A DNA stretch of 64,000 nucleotides from Deltaproteobacteria bacterium (GTDB taxonomy: Bacteria; Myxococcota_A; UBA796; SXON01), in contig CANFCK010000011.1 of NCBI GenBank assembly GCA_947445035.1, positions 81,567-145,566 on the forward strand, read 5' to 3'. Shown here piece after piece: positions 44,806 to 53,970 of this stretch. The notes beneath the pieces are model-generated. The model was not told the DNA's origin and searched no databases. It saw only the letters and a list, made by a program, of their open reading frames with translations. Position 1 is the first letter of the stretch. Each line of letters opens with the position of its first letter. Made by a program: the position numbers and the translations under genes.

Positions 44806-45645
44806 CTACCGCCGCAACGTCGCCAACTTTCGCAAAATCGCCCCATTCGCTGCCAATGGCCCTCCCGGCAGCCACGCCGGGCGGTCCGGCACGTGCCCGC
44901 GGGGGTGGTCGTTGAGTTGGCGCCATGCCGCCCCGGTCGCGCCGACGACCATGCGCCGGGCGTGGCGCAGCTCTTCGGGTTGGGCGTGGTCGGGAAAGGC
45001 CTGGAGGCGCACATACCCGCACGTCAGCGCCGCAATCCCGCGCACAGCCTCGCGCGGAGGCCAGTAGTGCTCGTCGTCGAGGGTGTGCCCCGCGGCGGGG
45101 ACCATTTGGGACCCTCCGGCGGTGATCGTTTCGCGATCGCAGGGGCCCTCCCAATCCAAAAGCCAATCTACCGGAAGCTCCGGCCACCGAGTGAGCGCGC
45201 CAGTCGCGGCGGCGATCCCCAGCGACAGGGACAGGACGCCGACGCGGCCGGTGCAGCCGGGGTCGGCGGCGAGGGTGCGGATCGCGACGCGCAGGTCGTC
45301 CTGGTGCTCGGGGCCGCCGAAGTCTTCTTCGCCCCAGCTGTCCCCACGGCCCGCCGGGTCGAAGACCAGGACCACGTAGCCCAGGCGGGCCAGCTCCATC
45401 GCATTGACGATGGCGCCGTTGCCCATCAGCGCGGCGACGCCTTGGTGGATGGCGGGGGACACCACGAGTCCGCGGAGGGGGCCCCCGTGCGCGGGACGCA
45501 CCGTCTTGCCCACCAGCCGGTAGCCGGCGGTGGACGAAAGTTCGATCGGGGCGACGATCAGCGCGTCGCGATGAGAAAACGTCCGCAACTGGCGCAACGC
45601 GGACGTGCCGCGCCAGCGCAGCGCGGCCAAGGGGGAGGGGGGCAT
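44806..45645 (-). CDS. Alpha/beta hydrolase
   Basis: VVLVFDPAGRGDSWG and nucleophile-elbow-like GVLSLSLGIAA. ATG 45645 lies 2 nt after the CotH-2 stop (alternative GTG 45672). Confidence 0.65.
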   Translation of the reverse strand: MPPSPLAALRWRGTSALRQLRTFSHRDALIVAPIELSSTAGYRLVGKTVRPAHGGPLRGLVVSPAIHQGVAALMGNGAIVNAMELARLGYVVLVFDPAGRGDSWGEEDFGGPEHQDDLRVAIRTLAADPGCTGRVGVLSLSLGIAAATGALTRWPELPVDWLLDWEGPCDRETITAGGSQMVPAAGHTLDDEHYWPPREAVRGIAALTCGYVRLQAFPDHAQPEELRHARRMVVGATGAAWRQLNDHPRGHVPDRPAWLPGGPLAANGAILRKLATLRR

Positions 45646-45647
45646 GG

Positions 45648-46871
45648 TCACTCGGCGTTGTGTTCGGCCCACACATCCAGATAGCTCCGGCGAGCCGGAA
45701 GGAAGGTGCGGAGGTCGTCAATGTAGTAGGCGTAGGTGGCGTCGTCGTAGTAGCGATGGGGATCGATACTGCCGTAGGGCTCGGTCTGTTCTACCATCGC
45801 TTGGTAGGCGTCTTGCATTTCTTCGGTCGCGTAGAGTTGGGTCAACCGAACAATCGACTCGGTATACCGCTTCCATCCGTCGTCGGTCTGGAGGAGGGCG
45901 GCCATGTGCGGGGTGTAGGTTGGGTACCACAGGTAGCCGGGGTCGGTGTCGTAGCCGATCCAATCGAAGGTGCCGTCTTTGTCCCACGGCACCCACAAGA
46001 AGCCTCGTTCGGGATGGTCGTACAGGTAATAGTTGTGGCCGCAACACCAGTACCCGTCGCCGTCGGGGAGGATGGCCTCGACCGCCCACTCGTCCATCCA
46101 CTGGTCGGAATCGCCCATGGTCGTCATCGTCGCCGGGTCATAGCTGGCCCAGAAGTCGGTGATTCGGGTGGTATCGATCTCTTCGTCTTCGTGGTTGTCC
46201 AGGACGGTGCCGTACTTCCAGAGGTCGCCGTCCGCGTTGTCCTTGCCGAAGCTTCGCTCCAGGAACTCGCGGTCCATCTCTTCCATGTTGGCGTAGAGCC
46301 CGAAATATTCGCCGTTGACGTTGAGCACGGCGCTGTTGGTGCACGCGGCGGGCAGGCCGGCCCGGAACATGTACCAGTTCGCGAGGCGATTCTTGAGCAC
46401 CGTCGGCTCATAGTAGGGGCTGTCGAGCGCAACTTTGCGTTGTCCCAGGTGGCGGGCATCCTCGTCCACTTCGTTGAACGCCAGCACGAACTGCATCTTT
46501 TCGCCCACCCAGCAGCAACCGTTGTTGCCTTTGAGGCGCATCATGCTGTGGGGCACCTCGACCCCATCTACCAGCAGCGTCTCGACCGGAACGTAGTCCT
46601 TGGTCCCGTCGGCGGTGCGCCACTCCGACTCCAGGTGCCGCCAGTGTTCATCGGCGATGGTGACGTCGTAGATGACGACGTGCTCCTGGTCGAAAAGGGG
46701 GCTGCAGCCGAACTCGTCCTTGTCGAGTTCCTCCCCATCTTCCTCGTCTTTGGTGATGGTCCCGCCCGGGAGCTCGCTGCTGGGGTCGGGCTCCGACGCA
46801 TCGGCCACCTCCTCGGTCCCGGCATCAAGGAACGCGGGTCGGCAGGCAACCAAAAAAAGTACGACGATCAC
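45648..46871 (-). CDS. CotH-family protein, lipoprotein; paralog 2
   Basis: GTG 46871 overlaps the upstream TGA (GTGA) and gives (M)IVVLFLVAC. MRLKGNNG...NRLANWYMFRAGLPAACTNSAVLNVNGEYFGLYANMEEMDREFLERSF..DGDLWKY. Confidence 0.8.
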   Translation of the reverse strand: MIVVLFLVACRPAFLDAGTEEVADASEPDPSSELPGGTITKDEEDGEELDKDEFGCSPLFDQEHVVIYDVTIADEHWRHLESEWRTADGTKDYVPVETLLVDGVEVPHSMMRLKGNNGCCWVGEKMQFVLAFNEVDEDARHLGQRKVALDSPYYEPTVLKNRLANWYMFRAGLPAACTNSAVLNVNGEYFGLYANMEEMDREFLERSFGKDNADGDLWKYGTVLDNHEDEEIDTTRITDFWASYDPATMTTMGDSDQWMDEWAVEAILPDGDGYWCCGHNYYLYDHPERGFLWVPWDKDGTFDWIGYDTDPGYLWYPTYTPHMAALLQTDDGWKRYTESIVRLTQLYATEEMQDAYQAMVEQTEPYGSIDPHRYYDDATYAYYIDDLRTFLPARRSYLDVWAEHNAE

Positions 46872-48160
46872 CGCGGGACGCTCGTGCCATGGGCGGTGAC
46901 TCGGTAGAAGTACCCTTCGCCCGACAGCTCCGGGTAAAGGGACTTCACCGAGACGGTGTATTGCCCGGCGGGATGCTTCTCCGCGGTGCGGATCGACGGG
47001 TCGGTGGTGCCAGTCGACTCGGACGCGTCGATGAGGGTTTCGCCCGACCACACCTCGACCCGTGATTGAAGGAGCCCGCCAAAGGTCAAGCTGCCGAAGT
47101 CCAGGCTGATGTAGGCCTCTTCTGGGAGGGTCAGGCGGAACCAGTCTTCGTCTGCCAGCGCATCAACCCGGCCATCCGCCCACCCCGCAAACCACGAGCC
47201 GGCGTCGGCTTCCTGATCGTACAGCTCGATCTCGTTGCCGCCTGCGGCGCTCCCGTTGGGTTCAGCTTCCCAATGGCTCGGGTCGGCGGCTTCATAGTTG
47301 GCCACGAAGAGCCACATCCCCACGGACGGGCCGAGGCCGCCAGCGCTGTCCCTCACCGCCACCTCGTACTGGGTGCCGAGGGGCGCCATCAACCAGCGCA
47401 AATCCGACTCGGCGACGGTGCTCGCGCTCAGGACCAGCCCCGCATCGGCGTCGTAGAGCTCCACCGCCGGTTGGTAGCTGCTGGACTCGATGTGGTGGGC
47501 CGCGGCGATGACCAAGGTGCCGCCGGCGTGCGGGAGGGTCAGCTTGGCGTAGTCCACGTCGTTGACCGAATCGGAGAGCACCGGAATCGCGTACCAGGAG
47601 TTGTCGGTGTCCATCGGGTAGTTCAGGTCGATGCTCAGCAGGCTGTCTGGCTCGTCCGGCGGTGACGTGGGCTGCAGCCAGGTGACGTTGTAGGCCGTCG
47701 ATTCCACCTCGCGCGAGGTGCCCGAGAACACGCCCACGTCCATCACCTTGACGTAGTAGACGCCGTCATCCGGGAAGAAGCCGAAGCACACGGTGTCATA
47801 GGTGCTGACGTCGCCGACGGGGTGGTCGTCTTCCCACGCAATGCGGTTGAGCTCGGCGTCCACCACTTCGACGAGGGTGTCCAGGGACTCCTCCGCCACG
47901 TTCTCGTCCTCGTTGGTGACTTGGATCCGGAACGGCTGGCCGGCGGTCCCGGTGACGCTGTACCAGTCGACATCGGCGTCGTAGAGGGTGTCGCCGTCCA
48001 GCATGTCGAGCTCGAGCGGGACGGCATGTTCGGCGTCGTCGGCGTCATCGATGGGACCGGTGTCGGAGTCGGCTTGGGTGTCGTCGTCGGTGTGCGCGTC
48101 GGTGTCGGTGGCTGAGGAATCACAAGCCAAGGCCAAGGCGAGGAGGGCGGGGAAGCGCAT
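46868..48160 (-). CDS. Lipoprotein with three pre-peptidase-C-terminal (PPC)-like modules
   Basis: Lipobox MRFPALLALALAC, DT/D-rich linker. Three modules with the D(x)DWY/F..L....G motif (DVDWYSVTGTAGQPFRI, DVDYAKLTLPHAG, DEDWFRLTLPEEA). Confidence 0.6.
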   Translation of the reverse strand: MRFPALLALALACDSSATDTDAHTDDDTQADSDTGPIDDADDAEHAVPLELDMLDGDTLYDADVDWYSVTGTAGQPFRIQVTNEDENVAEESLDTLVEVVDAELNRIAWEDDHPVGDVSTYDTVCFGFFPDDGVYYVKVMDVGVFSGTSREVESTAYNVTWLQPTSPPDEPDSLLSIDLNYPMDTDNSWYAIPVLSDSVNDVDYAKLTLPHAGGTLVIAAAHHIESSSYQPAVELYDADAGLVLSASTVAESDLRWLMAPLGTQYEVAVRDSAGGLGPSVGMWLFVANYEAADPSHWEAEPNGSAAGGNEIELYDQEADAGSWFAGWADGRVDALADEDWFRLTLPEEAYISLDFGSLTFGGLLQSRVEVWSGETLIDASESTGTTDPSIRTAEKHPAGQYTVSVKSLYPELSGEGYFYRVTAHGTSVPR

Positions 48161-48233
48161 CGCGGCAGTATAGCCACCGAAAGTGCCGTCGGGGCCTTGT
48201 CGGTTCGCGGGGGCGTGCCTAAACGCCGCGTCG

Positions 48234-49220
48234 ATGCGCGCACTGACCGGGATCAAGCCCACCGCCCAGCCCCACGTGGGCAACCTCTTGGGCATGATCC
48301 AGCCCGCGGTAGGGCTCAGCGCCAGCCACGACGCCTTTTATTTCATCGCCGACTACCATGCGCTCACGACGATGCACGATGCTGAAGGCATGCGGAACTT
48401 CACGCGCGAGGCGGCGGCAACCTGGCTGGCCCTGGGGCTCGACCCTGGGCGTACCTGCCTTTTTGTCCAGTCCGACGTCCCGGAGGTCACCGAGCTGGCG
48501 TGGCTGTTGGCGTGCGTCACCGGAATCGGAGCATTGGAGCGCGCGCACGCCTACAAGTCCGCACAGGACACCGGCAAGGACATCAACGTCGGCACCTTCA
48601 TGTACCCGGTGCTCATGGCTGCGGACATCCTGGCGTTTGACAGCAATGTCGTCCCGGTAGGTCGCGACCAGAAGCAGCACGTCGAGATGGCGCGGGACAT
48701 GGCGCAGGCGTTCAATAGTCGCTTCGGCGAGGTCTTGGTGGTGCCGGAGCCGCTCATCCGCGACGACGTGGCGACCATCCCCGGCCTTGACGGGCGCAAG
48801 ATGTCGAAGTCGTACGACAACGCGATCAACGTGTGGCTGCCGAGCAAGCAGCTGCGCAAGAAGGTGATGTCGATCGTCACCGACAGTCGTTCTGTGGACG
48901 AGGCCAAGGACCCCGATACCTGCAACGTCTTCGGGCTGTACAAACACTTCGCCACCCCCGAGCAGGTCGCTACCCTTGCGGCCCGATATCGCCAGCCAGG
49001 GCTGGGCTATGGCCACGCCAAACAGGAGCTTTTCGAGGTGATGGACGCCCACCTTGCCCCGGCGCGCGAACGCTTCGAGGCGCTGATGGCGAGCCCGGAC
49101 GAGGTCGAGTTGGTCCTTGCCTCCGGCGCCCAGCGCGCGCGCAACGTGGCGGCGGGGGTGGTTGGGCGTGCACGAGAGGCCGCCGGGTTCGGCCGCGCGC
49201 CACGCTGGCACCGATCATGA
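48234..49220 (+). CDS. trpS: Tryptophan--tRNA ligase
   Basis: MRALTGIKPTAQPHVGNLLG (HIGH-type), VPVGRDQKQH, KMSKS present. Confidence 0.92.
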   Translation: MRALTGIKPTAQPHVGNLLGMIQPAVGLSASHDAFYFIADYHALTTMHDAEGMRNFTREAAATWLALGLDPGRTCLFVQSDVPEVTELAWLLACVTGIGALERAHAYKSAQDTGKDINVGTFMYPVLMAADILAFDSNVVPVGRDQKQHVEMARDMAQAFNSRFGEVLVVPEPLIRDDVATIPGLDGRKMSKSYDNAINVWLPSKQLRKKVMSIVTDSRSVDEAKDPDTCNVFGLYKHFATPEQVATLAARYRQPGLGYGHAKQELFEVMDAHLAPARERFEALMASPDEVELVLASGAQRARNVAAGVVGRAREAAGFGRAPRWHRS

Positions 49221-49226
49221 ACCGGA

Positions 49227-49246
49227 CCTTGCCGAAATGCGCAAGG
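49227..49246 (+). terminator. Hairpin 7 nt after the trpS stop
   Basis: CCTTGCcgaaatgcGCAAGG. Only a weak T-run follows. Confidence 0.25.
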
Positions 49247-49327
49247 GGCAGATTTGCAAAAAAGACGCAATCTTGGTGCACGCAACCGTGCTCCGCACCA
49301 CTTGACAACCTCTTGACAATCCTTCCT

Positions 49328-49350
49328 CGTGGTTACCCCTATTAACCACG
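49328..49350. promoter_or_regulatory. Perfect 8-bp inverted repeat upstream of the sigma factor gene, next to tandem TTGACA hexamers
   Basis: CGTGGTTAcccctatTAACCACG. TTGACA at 49302-07 and 49313-18. No -10 element at canonical spacing was found. Confidence 0.35.
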
Positions 49351-49477
49351 GCCGTGACTCACGCCTTTTGGGCCGCCTGCCGGCCGCCGCTCCAGGAATA
49401 AACGCTCCTCCTCACGCGCTCCAGACCATCCCGGCCCCTTCCGAGCGCTCTACCTTCACTCCTTTCCCCGGTGTCCC

Positions 49478-50524
49478 ATGTCCCTTCGCTTGCGTTCGTC
49501 GTCCTCTGATGGTGCCCGTCGCCGTTCTGAGCGCTTGACCGCCGAAGAGGAGAAGATGATCGCCCGAGAGATCCGCAAGGCCGAGCAGGTCGCACGTGAA
49601 TGCGTGGCCGGCATCGATGCCGCAGAAAACATCCTCCGCCGTCGCCCCGATCGTGCCGAGCGCACCCGGGCAGGCGCTGTCGACCGCCTTGAAGAGGCGG
49701 TTCGTGCCGTGGCCAAGGCCGCACGCAAAGAAGACGACCTCAAGACCTACGCCCGCAAGGCGCAAGGCGCGTGGCAGCAGGCCGAAGAGCTGCGCTGGCG
49801 CCTCGCGATGAGCGGCCGGCGCATCGCCCACGGCGAAGCCCGCAAGCTCGCCGGGCCGTTCATGGACGAAGAAGATCTGGTCCAGGAGGGCTACATCGGC
49901 CTTCTGCGCGCTGCCAAGCGCTTCGACCCCGACCGCGGCATCCGCTTTTCCACATACGCCCGCTGGTGGGTACGTGCGCAGATGACGCGCGCCATCGATC
50001 ACACCGGTCGTCCGGTGCGGCTCCCGGGCTGCGCGGTCGAACAGACCCGGAACCTGCGCAAAGCGATGAAGCGCTTCGAGGCCGCGGGCATCGAGTACAA
50101 CGTGGGTGACCTCGCCGAAGAGGTCGGCATCGACAAGGAGCGCGCCGAGCTGCTCCTGTCGCAGGGCAACACCATCTCGCTGGAGCAGCCGGTCGATGAC
50201 GGCCCGCGCCCCCGCCCGCTGGAGCGTTTCTTGTCGGACGAAGAGGCCGTGGCACCGGACGAGGAGAGCATCCAGACCCAGGAACTGTCCCGCATGGGCA
50301 AGGCCTTCAACAACGTGCTCAGCGAACGCCAGCGCTTCGTGCTGACCCGTCGATACGGCCTCGAAGACGGCGAGTTCCGCACGCTCTCCGAAGTCGGCAA
50401 GGAGATGGGCCTCTCGCGTGAGCGGGTGCGGCAGATCGAACGCGAGGCGCTCATTCGCCTGCGCGACCAGTCGGGCATTCGTGACCTGCGCGGGATGCCG
50501 CTGCCGGAGCCGGGGGAGGCGTAG
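49478..50524 (+). CDS. RNA polymerase sigma-70 family factor (RpoD-like, regions 2-4)
   Basis: DLVQEGYIGLLRAAKRFDPDRGIRFSTYARWWVRAQMTRAI (region 2) and LSEVGKEMGLSRERVRQIEREALIRLR (region 4.2). Confidence 0.85.
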   Translation: MSLRLRSSSSDGARRRSERLTAEEEKMIAREIRKAEQVARECVAGIDAAENILRRRPDRAERTRAGAVDRLEEAVRAVAKAARKEDDLKTYARKAQGAWQQAEELRWRLAMSGRRIAHGEARKLAGPFMDEEDLVQEGYIGLLRAAKRFDPDRGIRFSTYARWWVRAQMTRAIDHTGRPVRLPGCAVEQTRNLRKAMKRFEAAGIEYNVGDLAEEVGIDKERAELLLSQGNTISLEQPVDDGPRPRPLERFLSDEEAVAPDEESIQTQELSRMGKAFNNVLSERQRFVLTRRYGLEDGEFRTLSEVGKEMGLSRERVRQIEREALIRLRDQSGIRDLRGMPLPEPGEA

Positions 50525-50590
50525 GCGGGCGGCGGGAGGCTTTTCGCCCTCGGGACTTTTTTCCGGGGCGCCGGAACGTCCAGCCTTCGG

Positions 50591-51236
50591 TATGGCGCCG
50601 GGTACACCTGCTTCGGAGGGCCGGGCGGCAACGACGGCGGAGGGGCCGCCTGGTTGGGCGGATGGACCCCGGGCTCGAGCGGATCCGATCTTTCCCGAGG
50701 GCACGGGCATCGCGATGGAGGACGGCGCGCTCATCGCGATTCGGATCCACTACAACACGGCGACGGTCGAGCCCGAGGCGGACCAGTCCTCGGTCCAGCT
50801 GAAGGTGGACAACGCCGTGGACAAGCAGGCCGCCATCGTCAAGATTTTCGACCCGCGCTGGTTGGTGCCGGGCGGGATGTCCATCGCCGCCGGGGATGCC
50901 GATGCCAGTCACACCTTCACGTACACCAACAACTCGGCCCAGACGTTCTCGCTCTGGTCGGCGGGCTTGCACATGCACCAGCTCGGCATGAGTGCGTCGC
51001 TGACGCTGGAACAGGCGGCGGGGCAGGACGACGGCCTCTTGGAGATCGCAAACTGGCGCTTCGGGTGGCAGGGCACTTACTTCTTCCAAGAAGCGATCGC
51101 ATTCGCCCCGGGCGACTCGGCCACGCTGACCTGCCACTGGGACAACTCGGGCGCCGACGGCGTGACCACCGAGTCGGGCGAGGGCAGCACGGATGAGATG
51201 TGTTTGGGGATGGTGTACGGAACGCTGGCTGACTGA
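50591..51236 (+). pseudogene. Remnant of a DBH/PHM-like copper monooxygenase (C-terminal half only, one frame break)
   Basis: Frame 1: YGAGYTCFGGPGG..AAWLGGWTPGS. Frame 2: DPIFPEGTGIAMEDGALIAIRIHYN...LHMHQLG...STDEMCLG. There is no room for the N-terminal domain, since the sigma gene ends at 50524. Confidence 0.55.
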
Positions 51237-51515
51237 AGGGGGGCGCGGCGGCTCGCCGTGGGCCGGGTGGTCGGAGCCAGCAGCACCGCGGCAAGCGGCG
51301 TCATTCCCCAGCGCAGGGGGCCGGTGGGCGTGCCTCGCCGTCGACCCGCAGGACGAGGCACAGCAGCGCTGTGCACAAGTTCTCGCCGCCGCTTGCATCG
51401 AAGTGCGCGGAGCCCTCCCGGGACCCTGCGGGTTTCCCCGTCGAACGCATCCCGCATGCTACGCAGCGCCGCCGGCCTCGGCCATCCACGCCGCGGCCTT
51501 TCCCCCCTCAGCAAG

Positions 51516-51947
51516 CTAGTGAAACTCCGATTCCGACTCCGCCACCGCGGCGTCTCCCTCACCCTCGGGCGCGATCGGGGAGCCGTGGTGCAGCACCAGC
51601 CGCCAGCCTTCCGGGCGCCGAAGGAACAGGTGGGTGACCGCCACGCGCCCCAGGGTCTCACCGTCGCCCGCGATGCTGATGTGCTCGACGTTGTGGACCC
51701 GCGCCACGTCGCCCAGTAGCTGCACCACGACGTCTGCAATGAGAAAGCGCATCGGCAACCCGGTGGCGAAGATGTTCGCCCAGGACTCCATCACCGCCTC
51801 GCTGCCGTACACCGGCTCCCAGCCGGGGTGGATGCACGCGTCGCCGGGGGTGCCCGACCAGCACTCAGCCATCGCGGTCTGGTCCCTGCGCTCGAACGCG
51901 CGGTAGAAGCGCGAGTTGGCGGCAAGGACGGCGGTCCGATCGTCCAT
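51516..51947 (-). CDS. NTF2-like (SnoaL/DUF4440-type) protein
   Basis: AANSRFYRAFERRDQTAMAECW...IHPGWEPVYG..AVMESW pattern typical of the fold. Confidence 0.7.
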   Translation of the reverse strand: MDDRTAVLAANSRFYRAFERRDQTAMAECWSGTPGDACIHPGWEPVYGSEAVMESWANIFATGLPMRFLIADVVVQLLGDVARVHNVEHISIAGDGETLGRVAVTHLFLRRPEGWRLVLHHGSPIAPEGEGDAAVAESESEFH

Positions 51948-51955
51948 GCGAGCGG

Positions 51956-52969
51956 TTAACCGCCGCAGCCCGCTTCGATGACGCGGAGCACGTTGCCTCC
52001 GTACGCGGCATGAATGTCGTCCGCGCTCCAGCCCGCTTCGAGGAGTGCTTGGGTCAGGTTGGGCAGCTTCTCGGCGCTGTCGAGGTCAGAGGGGAAAAGG
52101 GCGAAACCCTCCCAGTCCGTGCCGATGGCGCAGTGGCGGAGGCCGACGGTCTTGCGGATGTGATCGAGATGCCGCGCCGCCGTGGCCGCGCCGCCGCGAC
52201 CGATGAACGGGGTCACGAAGATGACGCCCACCACGCCGTCGGTGGCGGCTACCGCGCGCAGGACGTCGTCGTCCACGCCACGAGGGGAGCCGTGGATCGC
52301 GGTGCATGCGGTGTGGGAGACCAGCACGGGTTTGCGGGAGCGCCCGCACACGTCCAAGACGGCGGCCTTCCCGAGGTGGGCGCAGTCGACGAGGATGCCG
52401 AGGCGCCAGAGCTCGTCGACCAGGTCGTGCCCGAACGGGGTGAGTCCAGCGGTGTTGGAGCCACCCCAGCCGACCATCGGGCGCGCCGCTTCGTTGGCGG
52501 AAAAATGGACGATGCCCACGTAGCGGAGGCCGCGTTCACGGAAACGCGGCAAATCGTCCAGGCGGCCATGCAGCCCGTGGGCGCCCTCGAGACCGGCGAA
52601 ACAGGCGATGCGTCGCTGTTGGTGAGCAGCGCGAATCTCGGCCGCTGAGCCGCAGATCCTCAGCGTGTCCGGGCTCCGCTCCACCTCGATGTGCAGCGCA
52701 TCCAGGTCACGCGTGATGGCGCCGGGACCGCCCGTCCATCGAAAGGGGCTGGTCACTACCCCGAACGCCACTGCCGCCACGTTGCCCTCGACCAGCCGCG
52801 GCACGTCGCAATGCCCGAAGAGCGCAGCACCGGGGAGGGGATTGGGGCGGTGTCGCTTCTGCCAGTCCCAACCCAGAAAGTAGCGGGTCAGGAGCAGGTC
52901 ACAGTGCAGGTCGATGATCAGCGCCGCGTCGTGGACGGCCCGCGCCTCTGCCGTTGGCGCCTGGATCAC
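51956..52969 (-). CDS. Membrane (renal-type) dipeptidase, peptidase M19
   Basis: IIDLHCDLL zinc motif, VDCAHL, VLVSHTA, IGTDWEG blocks. The GTG start overlaps the upstream TGA. Confidence 0.85.
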   Translation of the reverse strand: MIQAPTAEARAVHDAALIIDLHCDLLLTRYFLGWDWQKRHRPNPLPGAALFGHCDVPRLVEGNVAAVAFGVVTSPFRWTGGPGAITRDLDALHIEVERSPDTLRICGSAAEIRAAHQQRRIACFAGLEGAHGLHGRLDDLPRFRERGLRYVGIVHFSANEAARPMVGWGGSNTAGLTPFGHDLVDELWRLGILVDCAHLGKAAVLDVCGRSRKPVLVSHTACTAIHGSPRGVDDDVLRAVAATDGVVGVIFVTPFIGRGGAATAARHLDHIRKTVGLRHCAIGTDWEGFALFPSDLDSAEKLPNLTQALLEAGWSADDIHAAYGGNVLRVIEAGCGG

Positions 52970-53970
52970 GAGAGTCGGGCCCGCGCGGCTTCGGCGCGCA
53001 GCGAACAGCCTCGAAGGTCAGCGCCCATAAGTCGCCCGACCAGCGTCACCCGGTCGCCGTCGTCGTGGGTGTGCACCACGCCGAGGTCCTGGGTCTCGAT
53101 CGCGATGACGCCGCCGAGGTTGGCGAGGTCGACAAAGCGGAGCACGCCGGGCCCCTCGACGCGACGGCCGGTGTGCGGGTCGGCGGCCCACACCTTGAGC
53201 CAGGGCGGCGCGATGAAGGCGCCGGGCAGCATCCCAGCCCCTACCGGGCCGGTCCACAACTGCGACGACAACTCGGTCATCCCATACTGTCCGACGACCC
53301 GCGGGGCACCGAAACGTTCCCCGAGTGCGTGATACATTGCTGGTGCGTCAAGTCGTGTATCGCGGCCCTTGAAGCCCCCGGTGACCATGACCACGCTGCC
53401 GAAGCCGAGCGTGACCGATCCGGGGAGCGACAACAGCATGTCCAATGCGAACGCGGTTGTGGCGACGAAAACCGGCCCCCCCGAGGCCACGGTGGCCAGA
53501 CGCGCCCAGGCATCTGACGCCACTCCCGCCGCGCTGAATACCGGCTCAACCGGCCCGAATGTCCGCAACATGTGCGCAAGAGAGCTGTCAGTCTCAGTTG
53601 GGCAAAGGCTAAAAATCTGAGATGGACGATCGATGATACATCGGTCGATGTGTCGAACGGCCCCGAGGTCGTAGAGCGACGTGTCTCGGCATCGACGCAC
53701 GCCCCGGGTCTGTCCCGTGGTCCCGCTGGTCCGAAACACGGCGTCGTCCGGGTGGGCGGGCGTCGGGCCCAGGTCGAGCTCCTTGAAGAGCGCGACGGGA
53801 AGGGCGGGGATGTCGTGGATACTTTTTGGATGTATTGATCCGGCGAGTGCGGCCAGGACCGCACTGGCCGTGCGCTGGGCGGCGAAGGCCTCCAGGGCAA
53901 GGGCCTCGACCTCACCCTCGCCACGCGCCATGAACGCCGCGATGCGCTCGTGGAGGGTCAACGTTGCCAC
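52966..53970 (-). CDS. LuxE-like acyl-protein synthetase / acyl-adenylating enzyme
   Basis: IPALPVALFKE, FRTSGTTGQTRG, VMVTGGFKG, QYGMTELSSQ, C-terminal GRL.GADLRGCS. Start is GTG 53970, TTG 53961 or ATG 53931. Confidence 0.65.
   Translation of the reverse strand: MATLTLHERIAAFMARGEGEVEALALEAFAAQRTASAVLAALAGSIHPKSIHDIPALPVALFKELDLGPTPAHPDDAVFRTSGTTGQTRGVRRCRDTSLYDLGAVRHIDRCIIDRPSQIFSLCPTETDSSLAHMLRTFGPVEPVFSAAGVASDAWARLATVASGGPVFVATTAFALDMLLSLPGSVTLGFGSVVMVTGGFKGRDTRLDAPAMYHALGERFGAPRVVGQYGMTELSSQLWTGPVGAGMLPGAFIAPPWLKVWAADPHTGRRVEGPGVLRFVDLANLGGVIAIETQDLGVVHTHDDGDRVTLVGRLMGADLRGCSLRAEAARARLS

Noticed and set aside
50668-50686. Polylinker-like run CCCGGG-CTCGAG-C-GGATCC (SmaI/XhoI/BamHI sites) at the frame break of the monooxygenase remnant
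   Set aside because: GC-rich 6-bp palindromes are common in this composition. The flanks carry homologous coding sequence on both sides and no vector-like sequence, so this is probably coincidence. It is noted only because it coincides with a frameshift.
51330-51361. 8-bp stem (GTGCCTCG...CGAGGCAC) with a 16-nt loop in the 279-nt convergent spacer
   Set aside because: Large loop, no U-tract on either strand and no second copy seen. Insufficient to call a terminator or sRNA.
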